Shown here: piece after piece, positions 38,942-52,020 of the stretch
Layout: each line of letters begins with the position of its first letter
How positions within the stretch are numbered: the first letter of the stretch is position 1
Source of the DNA: Octopus sinensis
Lineage: Eukaryota
Direction: 5' to 3'
DNA: 64,000 nt
Assembly: GCF_006345805.1 (NCBI RefSeq)
Contig: NC_042997.1
Location: forward strand, 117,552,001-117,616,000
Program-made: the position numbers and the translations under genes
Notes under the pieces: generated by a model
Seen by the model: the letters and a program-made list of their open reading frames with translations, nothing else
The model's database searches: none
Told to the model about the DNA's origin: nothing

Positions 38942-39760
38942 GATAATCCTTTCTACTAAAGGATCAAGGCCTGAAATTTGGGGAGGGGAGTAGTCGATTA
39001 CATCGACACCAACGTTTCACTCGTACTTAATTTATTGACCTCAAAAGGATGAAAGTCAAAGTCGACACTGGTGGAATTTGACCTCAGAACGTAACGACAG
39101 ACGAAATACCACAAAGCATTTCGCCTGGCGTGCTAATAATAATAATAATAACAACAACAACAACAACACAACAACAACAACACAACAATAATAATAATAA
39201 TAATAATGATTTCAAATTTTGCCACAAGGGCAACAGTTTTGGGAAAGGGAATGAGTCGATTACAGAACGTAACGACAGACGAAATACCACAAAGCATTTC
39301 GCCTGGCGTGCTAATAATAACAACAACAACAACAACAACACAACAACAACAACAATAATAATAATACTAATAATAATGATTTCAAATTTTGCCACAAGGG
39401 CAACAGTTTTGGGAAAGGGAATGAGTCGATTACAGAACGTAACGACAGACGAAATACCACAAAGCATTTCGCCTGGCGTGCTAATAATAACAACAACAAC
39501 AACACAACAACAACAACAATAATAATAATAATACTAATAATAATGATTTCAAATTTTGCCACAAGGGCAACAGTTTTGGGAAAGGGAATGAGTCGATTAC
39601 ATCGACTCCTAGTGTTCAACTGGTACTTATTTTATCCGACTTCGAAAGGATAAAAGGCAAAGTCGACGTCGGCGGAATTTGAACTCAGAACGAAGCAATG
39701 AGCGAAATACTGCTAAGCATTTCCTCCAGCGTTGTAACGATTCTGCCAGCTCACCGCCTT
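38942..39760 (-). repeat. Two SINE group B copies joined by a triplicated 170-180-bp junction unit with (AAT)/(AAC) repeats
   Basis: CAGAACGTAACGACAGACG recurs near 39085, 39263 and 39433. Confidence 0.85.
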
Positions 39761-39778
39761 TCAATGATGATGATGGTG

Positions 39779-39826
<48 letters not shown>

Positions 39827-39844
39827 TAATAATAATAATAATAA

Positions 39845-40420
39845 ATGCCCTGGTGCAGTACCAGAGTGTGACTCTCGTGGCTTCTGATCTTAACTTATTG
39901 GAAGTGTTATCATGTACATTGTTTTGTCTTGGTTTAAAAGGTGGGCTACAGCAAATATTCTGCTCAATACTACAGATTTGCTTGTCAGTTGTTTGACTTT
40001 AACCAGTTGAGCATGTCCCTTAGTGGCTGACGATATGTACATCTCTGATCACAAGCAGAATTTGTGGGGGAGCATCATAGCCATGTGTTGAGAGGGATTC
40101 TTTGAGGTTTGAATAATTTACCTCTGGAAACATGGGTGTTTCGTTCAACATCCTTAAACAACCCTTATTCAGGGGCCTTTTGAGCGGGATGAGTTACTCG
40201 ACCAGAAGAAAATTCTAACTAGGCCCTACCTGCAAGGTTATGTGCTGTTTATCTTGATATGAGATCACCATGTCGCGCACATATGGTTGTAATGCATGTG
40301 CCTGGTGTACCCTTATCAGACGGGTAGTCATGGTGGGTATACTGGGCTTCGTATATTTTACTCCAGTGTCACTTTAATGGCATGCACTGCTCTCTCACTC
40401 AATAATAATAATAATAAATA
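39845..40420. repeat. Unclassified probable interspersed repeat flanked by (AAT)n
   Basis: Higher-complexity block between two (AAT)n runs with no ORF; repeat status inferred. Confidence 0.35.
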
Positions 40421-40499
40421 ATACGCCTTCTAGGAGACGGAAACTCCAAAAATTAAACCAGGATTACAGGAATCTTATATCCTATGTTGGAGATCTTGC

Positions 40500-42741
40500 C
40501 AGTGATGGTGTCACGCGAAAAAATACTGATGATTGTGCAACCTAAAATGAACTAACCCTCATCATGAGTACTGAAATGTCAAATAAAAATAGAAAGGAGA
40601 ACGGCTTGAATGAGGCTGGAACACCTTGTGAAGGTCTCTCGCCCGGCGGGTGCCCCACAGGTGAGCAGCGTAGGCTCAGGCGTAATCAAGCAACTGCTAA
40701 AAGAAGGTGAACGAAAGAAATGAATGTAGCTGTAATGGAGTGCTACTTTCTGGGTGATCCGAGAAATGATAATGAAGTACCCGCTAGGGGATATAGGAAA
40801 AGAATGCACAGGGCATAGTGCGACAGAGGTCTATTTGAATTAAGTGGACAAAATCTGTGTGACCAAGCGAGAGCCATAAAAAAAAATTTATAGTTATCCT
40901 CAGTTGAATTAGAAAGCATTAAGAGACGGGTGCTTAGGGATAGTAAGACCAGCAGTGAACGGAAGGATGAGGAACAAAATGAAGATAGTGAATCTATAGC
41001 AGTAGAGTTAAAAGAAGAAAACGAGTATGAGGCTGAGATTATTGATCAGAAAAGTGATGGAAGAACCGAAGAACAAATATCCATTTTAAATTAAATCATT
41101 GATATTTGAACCTCTGGTGAACAGTGCTTTCATACGGGGTTTAAAATTGCAGACAGAAAGAAATTCAATGAGTGGGTCATGAAGATAAATGCTATCACTG
41201 GTGATATCAGGACTGACATCACAGGCACCAACAATCTGATAAATGCAATCTCGATCTTTATAGCCCGGAAATTAGGTTTGAAAGCCAAAGGTAAATGTCA
41301 ACATAACCTGAAGGTACCATGGTAGAAAAGGAGAATAACATAGTCTATTAAAGAGACCAGAAAACATTAATATTCTGGAACGGAAAAAAAGAAATGAAGT
41401 TCAACGAGAGAAATATGTTGAGCTAGAGAGGAAGTATAGGGTGAAGAGAAAGGGATTCAATGTTGTGATTGAGGAATTAAAACAGGTTGAAAGCTAAAGC
41501 ACATAAACTAAAGAGATATGAGCAGAGAATTGAGATACACAGATTAAACAGATTTTTCGATGAAAATCAGAAACGAGTCTATCAGGAACTGGATGGGAAA
41601 TAAAAAGGTGAAAAGGCCGTACCAGATGCTGAAGAAAGCAAAAGATTCTGCTCAAACATATGGTCTCGGGAGAAACAACATGAAACTGAAGCAGTATGGT
41701 TAAAGACACTCAAAGAGGAGAATGGAAAATATTAGCAGGAGGATTTGAGAGTAACCGAGGAGATGATTAGAGGTAAGTGCAGTATAATTCCTAACTGGAA
41801 AGCGTCTGGCCAAAAGCCCTGAGGGCTTTTGGCTTAAAAACTTGACAGTTCTGCACAGGAGAATTTCGAGACAGATGTATGAAATACTGAATAGTGAGAA
41901 TCAAGTGTCGACCTGGATGACAAAAGGAAGAACGGTACTATGCCAGTAGGGCCCAAGTAAAGGGAATGCGGTTGGAAACTTCCGACCAATATATTGTTTG
42001 CCACTGATGTGGAAACTGATGACGGGCATCATATCAAACAGCATTTATAAGTAGTTAGATGAGAACGACCTACTACCAATGGAACAAAGTGTGTAGATGT
42101 AAGAGCAGAGGAACGAAGGATCAATTACCAATCGATACGACTATCCTGGCTGACTGCAAAAAGAGACACAAGAATTTGGTGAAGGCATGGGTGGACTACA
42201 GGAAAGCATATGACATGGTCCCACACTCGTGGATTATTGAATGCCTTAAACTGCTTATGGTATCCCACAATATCCTGAAGTTAATACAAAACTCAAAGAC
42301 AACGTGGCGAACTGAACTCACAGCGTGGGGAGATAAGCTGGGAGAAGTAAATATCGAAAGAGGAATCTTTCAAGGGAACAATCTGTCGCCTCTCCTATTT
42401 GTTGTCTGCATACTGCCACTAACGGGCGTTTTAAGAAAGATGCGTATGGGGTACATGCTAGCCAGGGTGAAAGTAAACAACCTGTTGTCTTTGGACGACC
42501 TAAAGCTATTTGCTAAGACAGAAAGAAAGTGAGAGTTTGACAGCAACCGTGTTGATGATTAGCAAAGATATTGGCGTGGTGTAATAATTCTCAAAAGGGG
42601 GAAAATCAGTAAAAGTCATGGGATCAAGCTGGAAAGTGGTGAAACTATAAAGGAAGTCGGAGAGGAAGGACATAAGTTCCTGAGTATCATTGAAAGGGAT
42701 AAGACGAATGAACACAAGATGAAAGAAATGTACAGGAAAGA

Positions 42742-42742
<1 letters not shown>
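40500..42742 (+). mobile_element. R4/Dong-like non-LTR retrotransposon, degenerate, missing its 3' part
   Basis: MNVAVMECYF...GYRKRMH...NLCDQARAI; [14 protein letters not shown]; [17 protein letters not shown]; [13 protein letters not shown]; LDDLKLFAK; many stops. Confidence 0.85.
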
Positions 42743-42744
<2 letters not shown>

Positions 42745-42809
<65 letters not shown>

Positions 42810-42850
42810 AAGAAGAAGAAGAAGAAGAAGAAGAAGAAGAAGAAGAAGAA
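42745..42850. repeat. (TAA)n(GAA)n microsatellite
   Basis: Visible run. Confidence 0.95.
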
Positions 42851-43212
42851 GAGCACTCAGAGAGCGCAAACCTCCACCAAGGAAACACCAACGTCCTCTC
42901 AACGATTAGCCAGATATTATTTTTAAAAAGGAGAATATCTGAAATAAACTCGACCGCTCTCACAAACGAGAATACTAGAAATGAACCCGACCGCTCTCAA
43001 AAATTAAGTAAAAAGGCAGGAAAAATAATCCAGAATCTTTGTCCGGTACCGGATCGATCCCAAAACTTATTCGCTTCGTGCTCGTCACGCGGCCAAACAT
43101 CCCTGAAACTTTTATCCGAATCCATCCGGCAGTTCTTGAGATATCTTGTCCACGGACAAACAAACAAGCAAACACAACTGAAAACAATATCTCAACTTTC
43201 GCTAAGGTGGAG
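42850..43212 (+). mobile_element. Helentron/HINE-like non-autonomous element
   Basis: 5' GAGCACTCAGAGAGCGCAAACCTCCACCAAGG, internal ACAAACAAACA, 3' GAAAACAATA...GCTAAGGTGGAG hairpin-like end. Confidence 0.55.
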
Positions 43213-43245
43213 ATGATGATGATAATAATAATAATAATAATAATA

Positions 43246-43291
<46 letters not shown>

Positions 43292-43514
43292 TCCTAGTGT
43301 CGATTCATTCTTCAAGGCGGTGCCCCAGCATGGCTGCAGTCTGATGACTAAAACGAGTCAAAGAAACCTAAAAACGTCATGAGTTTAACATTATACGACG
43401 GTTATACAATATATGATGCAAAGAGGTAGGGAGTGATAGCATTTTCAAGTTCTAATAAAGAATTACCATGAAATAACTGGATTACTGTTTATTGATAATT
43501 TATTGAATCTAGGA

Positions 43515-43872
43515 GGAGGCGCAATGACCCAGTGGTTAGGGTAGTGGGCTCGCGATCGTAGTATCGCGGTTTCGATTCCCAGACTGGTAGTTGTGAGTGT
43601 TTATTGAGCGGAAACACCTAAAACTCCACGAGGCTCCGGCAGGAGATGGCAGTGAACCCTGCTGGACTCTTTCACCACATCTTTCTCTCACTCCTTCTTC
43701 CTGTTTTTGTTGTACCTGTTTTTCAAAGGGTCAGCCTTGTCACACTCTGTGTTACGCTTAATCTCCTCGAGAACTACGTTAAGGGTGCACGTGTCTGTGG
43801 AGTGCTCAGCCACTTGCGCATTAATTTCGCGAGCAAGCTGGAACCTTCGTCGCCGTAACCAACGGAGTGCCA
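43515..43872 (+). mobile_element. SINE group C with alternative tail 2
   Basis: Head and middle as 13397; tail CACTCTGTGTTACGCTTAATCTCC...CGGAGTGCC, also seen near 51300-51420. Confidence 0.8.
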
Positions 43873-44244
43873 CGCATTGACTCTAGGATGATTTCATTCA
43901 AGAAAAAGAGGTCTGGTTTAAAAAAGAAATGTTGAGGAATTCGAACTCAAAACGTGAAGACGGACGAAATGCTACTAAGCAGTTTGTCCGGCGTATTAAC
44001 GATTCTGATAGCTCGTCGTCTTAAATAAAAGCAGTTTTATTGATGTTCATTTTAAACTGTTTCAGATCAACGCCTGCAGGAAAGATATAGCTGAGGATGT
44101 GGTTAGTGTGAAGATGGTGAAGTGGATGCAGCAACGGTGATGAGATGTAGTTGGCGTGCCTAAGTTGAGGTGGTACGGGACCAGCTGGCTCCCAGGAATA
44201 GAGGCCATTAGAGAAACGGCACGCTCGTGAACCAAGGGCTATAT

Positions 44245-44915
44245 CAGTGATTTTCAACCGGGGTCCATATAAGATTTTGGGGGATCCACCCAACAAACTT
44301 ATAAGTTGGGGATTTACAATAGTAAGTAGGACCTCTGGAAAAATTTTAGATGTATGTATTGGCAGTGGCGGACTGGTTAGGTTGCCAGCTTGCTCGATGG
44401 CAAGTGGGCCCCTGCACCATAAGAATCCATATAGGGAGGGACCATGTTAATATCTAAGGGGCCCATCCCCTCAAGTCTGAGAATATAATTTTTTATTCAC
44501 TCCTGGAAGAATGCATTAATTATTTCAGCCTGGCTGTGTTTGTAGACAGTTGAAAAGAATACTTTTAACAAAAAAAATTAAGTCATAGCATTGTAGTTGC
44601 GGGTGGGCCCCCTTGTAGCTGAAGGTGGGCCCCCTTGTAATTGCGGGTGAGCCACCCTTGTAGTTGCGGGTGGGTTCCCTTAGTCTCCTGGCAACCAATA
44701 TTTTTAGACCCAGTCCGCCACTGTGTATTGGTGTATATTGCAAGAAACAACTAGGCTTCTTTCTCTAACAGTTTACATAGTTCAACTTACACAAGTTCAT
44801 GTGTAGGTTGAACTACACATAGGAATTTTTAAATATCAAATGGCGATGAAGAGATCCACCAGAATAATATAGTAATAAATAGGGTCCACAGATAAAAAAT
44901 GGTTGAGAACCCCTG
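44245..44915. mobile_element. hAT (Charlie-like) MITE
   Basis: Ends CAGTGATTTTCAACC / GGTTGAGAACCCCTG; 8-bp TSD GGCTATAT (44237-44244) / GGCTAGAT (44916-44923). Confidence 0.8.
44363..44723. mobile_element. Second hAT MITE nested in 44245-44915
   Basis: TIR CAGTGGCGGACTGG / CCAGTCCGCCACTG; perfect TSD TGTATTGG at 44355-44362 and 44724-44731. Confidence 0.9.
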
Positions 44916-46487
44916 GGCTAGATCATATCTGTTAGTGATTGAGCATCAGTCAGTTGAGTGACCCTTCTCTGGATGCAACCCAGGATGTCTGCGTGTGCAT
45001 AGTAGTTGCACCGTCCTTGATTTGGGATCAGTACATCACTGTGGGCCTCTCTTGGAACTTTAGAGAGTGTCAAAAATTGTTGAACACTGAAATAATGTCT
45101 GGCCTTCAAGAGGTTCTTGCTATATGAAAAGATCCGAGTTATGTTAAAATCCTAGCCATGTTCTAACAGCAATCTTTGCAATGACACATATGCCAAACTA
45201 CAGGGGTGGGTAAAAGTAGGTATACAGTTGCTTAATATGAGTGGAATGTTATTTTCATTTCTTTATTTTATTACTAAAGCTATTCCGCTCATATTAAGCA
45301 ACTGTATATCTATTTTTGCTCTGACCTGCATATTGGCCTTGCTTTCTTTGATAACACATTGGTGGTGTGGAAGGGTGCACTTGCATTCAAGGGTAACAAT
45401 CAACCCCTTCAGTCACTTTCTCCAATGTATTGGACAATTTTTCAGCATAAATTACAACAGAAATATAAATTATAATTGAGTCGCAGTTACCAATTCATTG
45501 GACACCTCTAAAGCGCCTACATAACCAAGACCACGTGATTCTGACTCAGTGTTTGCTCGCAAGTCATTGAGAATGGCTGCGTCTTCTCGTAAATCTCACA
45601 GATCTAAGTAAACTGGTATTTTTTACCTAGTGTTAGCAAAATTTTTATTTATCCATGCCAAAAATTATGCATATTGAATATTGAATTCTTTAAAAATGTA
45701 CTCAATATGTGTTATCTACCTGTATATTGGTATAAATAAAAAATTAAAATTATAAAATAGCTTTACTTTTTTTATTCGTGACTGAATAGTTGATCTTTCA
45801 CAAAAACAATCTTTCTCGTGTCTGCACTTCGGAGGTGAATTTTCTGAGTGTAGTAGTACCGATACTCAGACCATCAATGACAAATGAAAAGGTGTAATGA
45901 AATATATTTGTGAAATGGTGGAATGATTGTATCAAGATATTGAGATAGGAGCATTGCAAATTCGTAACCAGGTCTAGGTGTTCTGTGGAGTTTCCAAACA
46001 AAATATTCCATTATCTTTTGGAAAATTTACTTGTCAAGAGAAAAGGGAGAATGGTCATAACTGAAATGCTTTAGATTGTGTCTGCGCAATCAGAGCTGAT
46101 CTGGGGTTAAACAGCAACAGAACTAAATTATGGTCAGTATAAGCAGAGATAATCCAAGAACATTACTTTTATAAACTATTGTACAAAAAATGCGTATGTT
46201 ATTCTTACTCTGGACTTAATACCTTCAGGATAAATGCTGCTCTTAGTTCCGGTTCAAATTGTCCGTGTTTTGCCTCCCGAACTGTCAGTCTAATTATCTG
46301 TCTGAACTTTAATATCGATGTTGCTGTGAGAGAAAAGATTTTCTTCCTTGATGTGGTAAGTACAAAAGTCATTTGGTCCAAAAACCGAAGACCAATTTTG
46401 TAGGGAACAAGTGCAGCCGATCGAATTCGGTCCCAGAATATAACTAGAAATGATATGTAGAGCAAAATATTTCCTTCTTTTAAACGT

Positions 46488-46878
46488 ACTAGCAGTATCG
46501 CCCGGCGTTGCTCGGGTTTGTTTTGACCCTTTAGAATTGGAATTTTTGAAAAGTAAAAATTTTGCCTTATGTAGCTTATTCTCTTTAAGTGAACATTTTT
46601 CTGGTTGAAATACACCGAAAAATGGCAACACAGCAGTCAAAAAATCGTACAAAATAGGGATTTTCATAGAAAAAAGCACCTTTTTTTATGTAAATAATTA
46701 TTGGTGTTAACATGGTCCAATTTGAATTTTTTTTCCTACGGAAGGAAGAGCAAGCCTTCTTCTATCATACTCACAATTTTGGTCAATTTGTGCCGCAGGG
46801 TCTCGGAGGAGATGGTTTTAGTTGAAGGCTACCAAACCTGCCATAAACAGACAACTTCAGCTTTATATATAGAGAGAT
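46488..46878 (+). mobile_element. Non-autonomous Helitron-like element, copy 3
   Basis: ACTAGCAGTATCGCCCGGCGTTGCTCGGG...CTTTATATATAGAGAGAT. Confidence 0.65.
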
Positions 46879-47799
46879 TACGCAGAAGATGCAAAATAAC
46901 TCTCCTCTGTGTAATTTAGTCCAACATACTTTCACGAAGCATGTAATTAACAACAGATTTTTAAAAATCTTGGAGGTTTGCAATAGTTTGGAAGGTTTTT
47001 TTCTCACTTATTGAGTATGGAGAAAGAGAAAGTGTCCGTGATTTTGTAAGACCTCTAAGAACAATGAGACTGGCGCCCATAATGTTCTGTTTAAATTGTG
47101 GTGATAACTGTAAGCATGAACTGGGTGTAAATAACATCAGCTCTATGGGCTCTCTGGAAATTCCTTCCAATCCATGTCTTTCTCGAATGTGCTGGCTTAT
47201 AAAGATTCAAGAAGAGCATTGATGGCATCAGTCTCACTGGTCTTGGAGGGTTTGTGTAAACGATGGGTATTCTTTCTCTAGACCCAGAAAGTAAAAACAA
47301 CAAATGAAAGTAGTAATATCGCCATTTAACGACAACCCAGACATCTCAAGACACAGAAACAACTTCAAGTTGTTATAATTAGATTCAAGAAGACAGCATG
47401 AAGAATCTTATCAAGCATTTCTTTCAAAAACTAAACACCAAATACCACAGAGATAAGACAGAAACACAACACCAAATTTAACATGAAATGCCTCACAAAA
47501 TCACATAGGAATTCAAACTAATACACTCAACCACTACACCACCTAATACAAAAGAAATGCGTGATGGCTTCAACAAACACAAAAAAAGCAGTTGAGGCAT
47601 TCTTAATGTCACTGACATCAACAAAGCTTCCAACTACGTTCCCTGACAATCACTTGCATACAAAATGCTCAACATCTTCATAAGAACTAACACAAAATTC
47701 TGGCTACCAAACAATCTTTCAGTTCAACAAATTTATATAAAAAGAAAACATATGAAGAATTTTCAATTTCGCAAATAGAACACCACAAGAATATTTTCA

Positions 47800-48190
47800 C
47801 CCACAGTTTTTAACTCTGTGCCTAGATAACCATCACACATGTTAAGGACAACAATACTTGCCTCACCACAATTATCTAAATTAAGATAGAAGTATTCATT
47901 TATTACATGCAGAGGTTCATCAGGGCAGCATGACGTACGGAAACCACGCTGCTTGTCAGAAAACAAAATGATTCAGGGTACAATACAAAAACATGATGGA
48001 TCAAGAACTTAAAGACCTTATAGATAATAGAGAGAGGATTCCTTGGGTAATGGTTATGAAGATTAGAATGTTCATCCGAGTTTTTGAAAACATGAATAAC
48101 AGGTAGGATGAGTTTGATCAGAATCAAAGCATTTCAGAACACTCTGGAGTATCGTCAGAACCAACACTTGTATCAGGAACTTACTTTTGT
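47800..48190 (-). mobile_element. Highly decayed CR1-like LINE RT fragment
   Basis: PDTSVGSDD...VFKNSDEHSNL...IIYKVF...FSDKQRGFR...LDNCGEASIVVL, resembling RT domains 0-3. Confidence 0.65.
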
Positions 48191-48240
48191 CACCACAAAT
48201 TAAGAAGTTATACTCAAATTAGATAAGGTAACATCATATA

Positions 48241-48805
48241 TTGGGTTGTCCGGAAAGTTCATGCCAATTTTTAAAGGAAAGAAAAAGGTCAATAAATACT
48301 TGCCATTACATTTTTAATCAACCAAATATGAACTATTTTGTTGCACAATGCATCTCTATCTTTTCTTTAACTTGAAAATACCCTCTTCCCAGAATTGAAG
48401 GGGTTTCATGGCAAAGAATTCATCAAGGTATTTTTTACGTCATCCAAGGAATTCAAATTTTTACCATTAAGACTATTCTGCAGAGACCTGAATAAGTGGA
48501 AATCCGAAGGAGCAATATCTAGTGAATATGGAGGGTGGGGTAACACACCCCAGCCGAGCGGCAGCAATTTTTGTCTGGTTTCCAAAGCATCAAGTGCCGA
48601 AAATGAACTTTCTTATCTTCCATTTTAAAGGGTTATAGAATTAACACAAGTTATAGGAACATAAACCTTCTCCCACGAAAAGATAGCTTAAACTGTGCCC
48701 CAAATGGAGGTGTAGTCAAATCCTATTTTATGTACTCAGCCATATCCTAAAATAAGTCGAAAGGTAAGCTACTATAAATTGGCACCAACTTTCCGGACAA
48801 CCCAA
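48241..48805 (-). mobile_element. Internally deleted mariner element with both TIRs
   Basis: TIR TTGGGTTGTCCGGAAAGTT at both ends with TA TSDs; minus strand encodes VLPHPPYSLDIAPSDFHLFRSLQN (about 48315-48546). Confidence 0.92.
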
Positions 48806-48897
48806 TATTTCGATGAAACAAAGCTAGAAGTAATGAAAAACAACTAAGTAAACAATTTTGCTTTGTCTTTAGATAGGATAATGTTTATATTACAATA

Positions 48898-49160
48898 TTT
48901 ATTTCTTTATTGCCCACAAAGGGCTAAACATAGAGGGGACAGACAAAGGGATTAAGTCGATTATATCGACCCCAGTGCGCAACTGGTACTTATTTAATCG
49001 ACCCCGAAAGGATGGAAGGCAAAGTCGACCTCGCCGGAATTTGAACTCAGAACGTAGCGGCAGACGAAATACAGCTAGGCATTTCGCCCGGCGTGCTCAC
49101 GTCTCTGCCAGTTCGCCACCGAGCATTTTGCTCGGTGTGCTAACGATTCTGCCAGCTCGA
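48898..49160 (-). mobile_element. SINE group B with duplicated head
   Basis: Core, tail and two partial heads. Confidence 0.8.
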
Positions 49161-49580
49161 CGCCCTATATTACAATATTGCAATAACCAATAATATGCTG
49201 TGCATGTATAGTTATATTACAATCATGAAATTAGCATTAGCTTATCTCACTCTTTCTCACGGAATCCCTAGGAACCTTTTGCGGAAGCTTAGGGTTCTGT
49301 GGAACCCCGGTTGAGAAATGCTGAGTTAAGTGGATATAATAAAGCTGGATCAATGATCTATTGATAGAACCTCGTCGTTTGATTTACTATTGATCTGTCA
49401 TAAACAAAGTCAATGGATCACTGCTTTGAGCCTCATCAGTTGATCGACAAACTATCAGTAATCAATCACAGTTGAGTTAATGTTCAATAACAGCATGAAC
49501 ATCATCGACGACGACGACGACGGCGGCGGCAGCGGCGGCAACGGCGGCAGCGACGGCGACGACGACGACGACGACGGTGC

Positions 49581-49957
49581 AGGCGCAATGGCCCAATGGT
49601 TAGGGCAGCGGACTCGCCGTCGGAGGATCGCGGTTTCGATTCCCAGACCGGGCGTTGCGTGTGTTTATTGAGCAAAAACACCTAAAGCTCCACGATGCTC
49701 CGGCAGGGGGGGGGGCGACCCCTGTTGTACTCTTTCGCTCCAACTTTCTCTCACTCTTTCTTCCTGTTTCTTGTCCCCGACTTCCTACGCAACCGCTGAG
49801 CCTGGATGCGCATTCATCTATCCGTCGATGCTCTCGGTGTCGGGGTTAACCTTTCTCTTCTGCGGATCTTACCAATAGCAAAGGACCACGTTTCGGACTT
49901 CTCCCACTACAGCTGGGATGAAGACCGCTTCACTCAACAAACAATCAACAACAACAC
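49581..49957 (+). mobile_element. SINE group C with alternative tail 3, preceded by a (GAC/GGC)n run
   Basis: Head and middle as 13397, then diverges after CTTCCTGTTTCTTG. Confidence 0.78.
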
Positions 49958-50978
49958 ACATGTACCATTAAAAATAATATTTTGGCTTTATTAGTTATTA
50001 TTTTCAACAAACTCTATTAAAATTATTGATAGGATCTTTCAAAAAAAGTAAATCTAAGTTTTTATTTTATCTCTTCATTTTCCCTCGAGGGAAAGGAATC
50101 TGTATTCTTTAATTTTTCTTTTCATGTTTTTTTTTTCTGGGTCCATTTTTGCTCGCTTGCTTTTTTTTTTCCATAATTTAAACCATTTCAATTATTGTTA
50201 ATTGGAGAAAATGAATAAGTGTTAATTAATCCAGGCTTATTAACAGTCATATAAATAGAAGTTATTTCTCCTAAGTAAAATATTAATCATATAAATTACA
50301 AATAATAAAAATAACAACAACAAAAATTGAAAATGAAAATGTTACAAAAGGTTTTTTACATAATTAATAATAATTAATTAAAGAAAATTAGTAAAACCCT
50401 AAACGAAAAATATGCAAACATTCTAATATGTTTTGCTATCAGCACAGCTGTATGACATTGCATATGTCAATGGCATTCATAGTCAATTACTAAGGGCTTT
50501 GAGTCTGGGAAGAATTCACTTTTGCTCGGTCGTAGTAATTCTTGGATATGTTGGACGATTAACTCAATGGCAACTAAAAAAAACAAAGAGAAAATAAATT
50601 CAAACAACAAACGATACATTCATTGCAGGTTCTCATTAATCCTTTCGTTACCGTATCAACATAGAAATGAGATGAGATCATGTATCATATTTCCTAGCAT
50701 GCAAGTGGATGTTTTGTGTTCTTGTCCCAGTTTGTATTTTTTTATATATAAAACATATAGCGGCGTACGTACACTTTGGTCTCTTAATAATATATATATA
50801 TTGCAAATAAGAAAATGGAGGAGAAAAATAGTTGGTTCATCAACTTTAGGACATTAAAAATGTTAACTTATTTATTTATTAAACTGATTATTATAATAAC
50901 ATACATATATATAACATATTATTCTATGCATATTAAATAAGGATACAAGTAATCATATATATATATATATATATATAA

Positions 50979-51163
50979 TGCTGGTGGCACGTAAAAAACA
51001 CCCACTACACGCACGGAGTGGTTGGCGTTAGGAAGGGCATCAAGCTGTAGAAACACTGCCAAATCAGACTAGAGCCTGGTGCAGCCTCCATGGCTTACCA
51101 GACCCCGGTCGAACCGTCCAACCCATACTAGCATGGAAAACGGACGTTAAATGATGATGATGA

Positions 51164-51166
<3 letters not shown>
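50979..51166 (+). mobile_element. Short non-autonomous retroposon (probably RTE-related) with (GAT)n tail
   Basis: GGTGGCACGTAAAA...GGTTGGCGTTAGGAAGGGCATC...GGACGTTAAATGATGATG; related copies at 53000, 53184 and 59455. Confidence 0.7.
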
Positions 51167-51209
<43 letters not shown>

Positions 51210-52020
51210 TATGAGCTTCTTTCAGTTTCCATCAACCAAGTCTAGTCTATTCACACGGTATTGGTCATTTACACCAGCAATTCAAACGACCAACGTCATC
51301 GCACTCTGTGCTACACTTAATCTTCCGGAGAACTACATAAGGGGTACATGTGTCTGTGGAGCACTCAGCCACTTGCATACTAATATCACAAGAAGGTTGT
51401 TCTGTTGATCAGCGAATCAACTGAAAGTGCCAGTTTATCTGTTGTCTATATTTCAGCAAATTGGCAGAATCATGGAATTACAACCGTGTTTCGTGGTCTG
51501 CTACCACAACAGCTCCTTTATAGGATCCAGTTAGCTCAAGACATCATCAGGAGGAACCACGTCCAGTTTCGGCCCCTGCTCCTCTGCCGTTTTGACGTTT
51601 TCGGAGGTGTCTTCAGCTCTGGTGCTGGATGCATGTCTTTTTTCTTCTTTCTTCTGTTCCCTGGCCTCTTCGATGTATCCATTTCGTTTTTTTTCCGTGC
51701 CTATTTGATCCTTTATTCTGCCCCCATTGCCCGGGATGTATTGGACAAAATGCATTGCAGTATTTAGAAACAAGACTTCAAGTTCTTGGTTCAAATCCCA
51801 GCAGAGTCAACTACGCCGTTCATCCTTCCAAGACGGATTAAACTAAAATAGAAATTAAACACTGGGAAAAATTTAATCAACTGAACCCGACACCAACTAA
51901 ATATCTGAAGCTGAACCAATGTTAGAAATCTACATTTGAGTGTGGTATTTTTTATCCTTTACTTGTTTCTTCCATCAGATTGTGGCCATGCTGGGGCACC
52001 ACCTTGAAGTATTTTAGTCA

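Larger units (their letters stand above)
44025..45120 (-). mobile_element. CR1-like LINE 3' relic interrupted by nested hAT MITEs
   Basis: LGCIQRRVTQL (about 44930-45120) and IFPAGVDLKQFKMNINK* (about 44025-44240) lie either side of the hAT insertion. Confidence 0.6.

Noticed and set aside
46179-46615. ORFs 46179-46403 and 46205-46615 as host exons or PLE RT
   Set aside because: Partly overlap a Helitron-like repeat; the FFLDV similarity is too short to support a call.
47020-47300. Possible LTR integrase relic (minus)
   Set aside because: Only a vague DMDWKEF-type resemblance, with many stops and no catalytic motif.
51531-51794. 87-aa charged ORF
   Set aside because: No recognisable domain or splice signals; origin unexplained.
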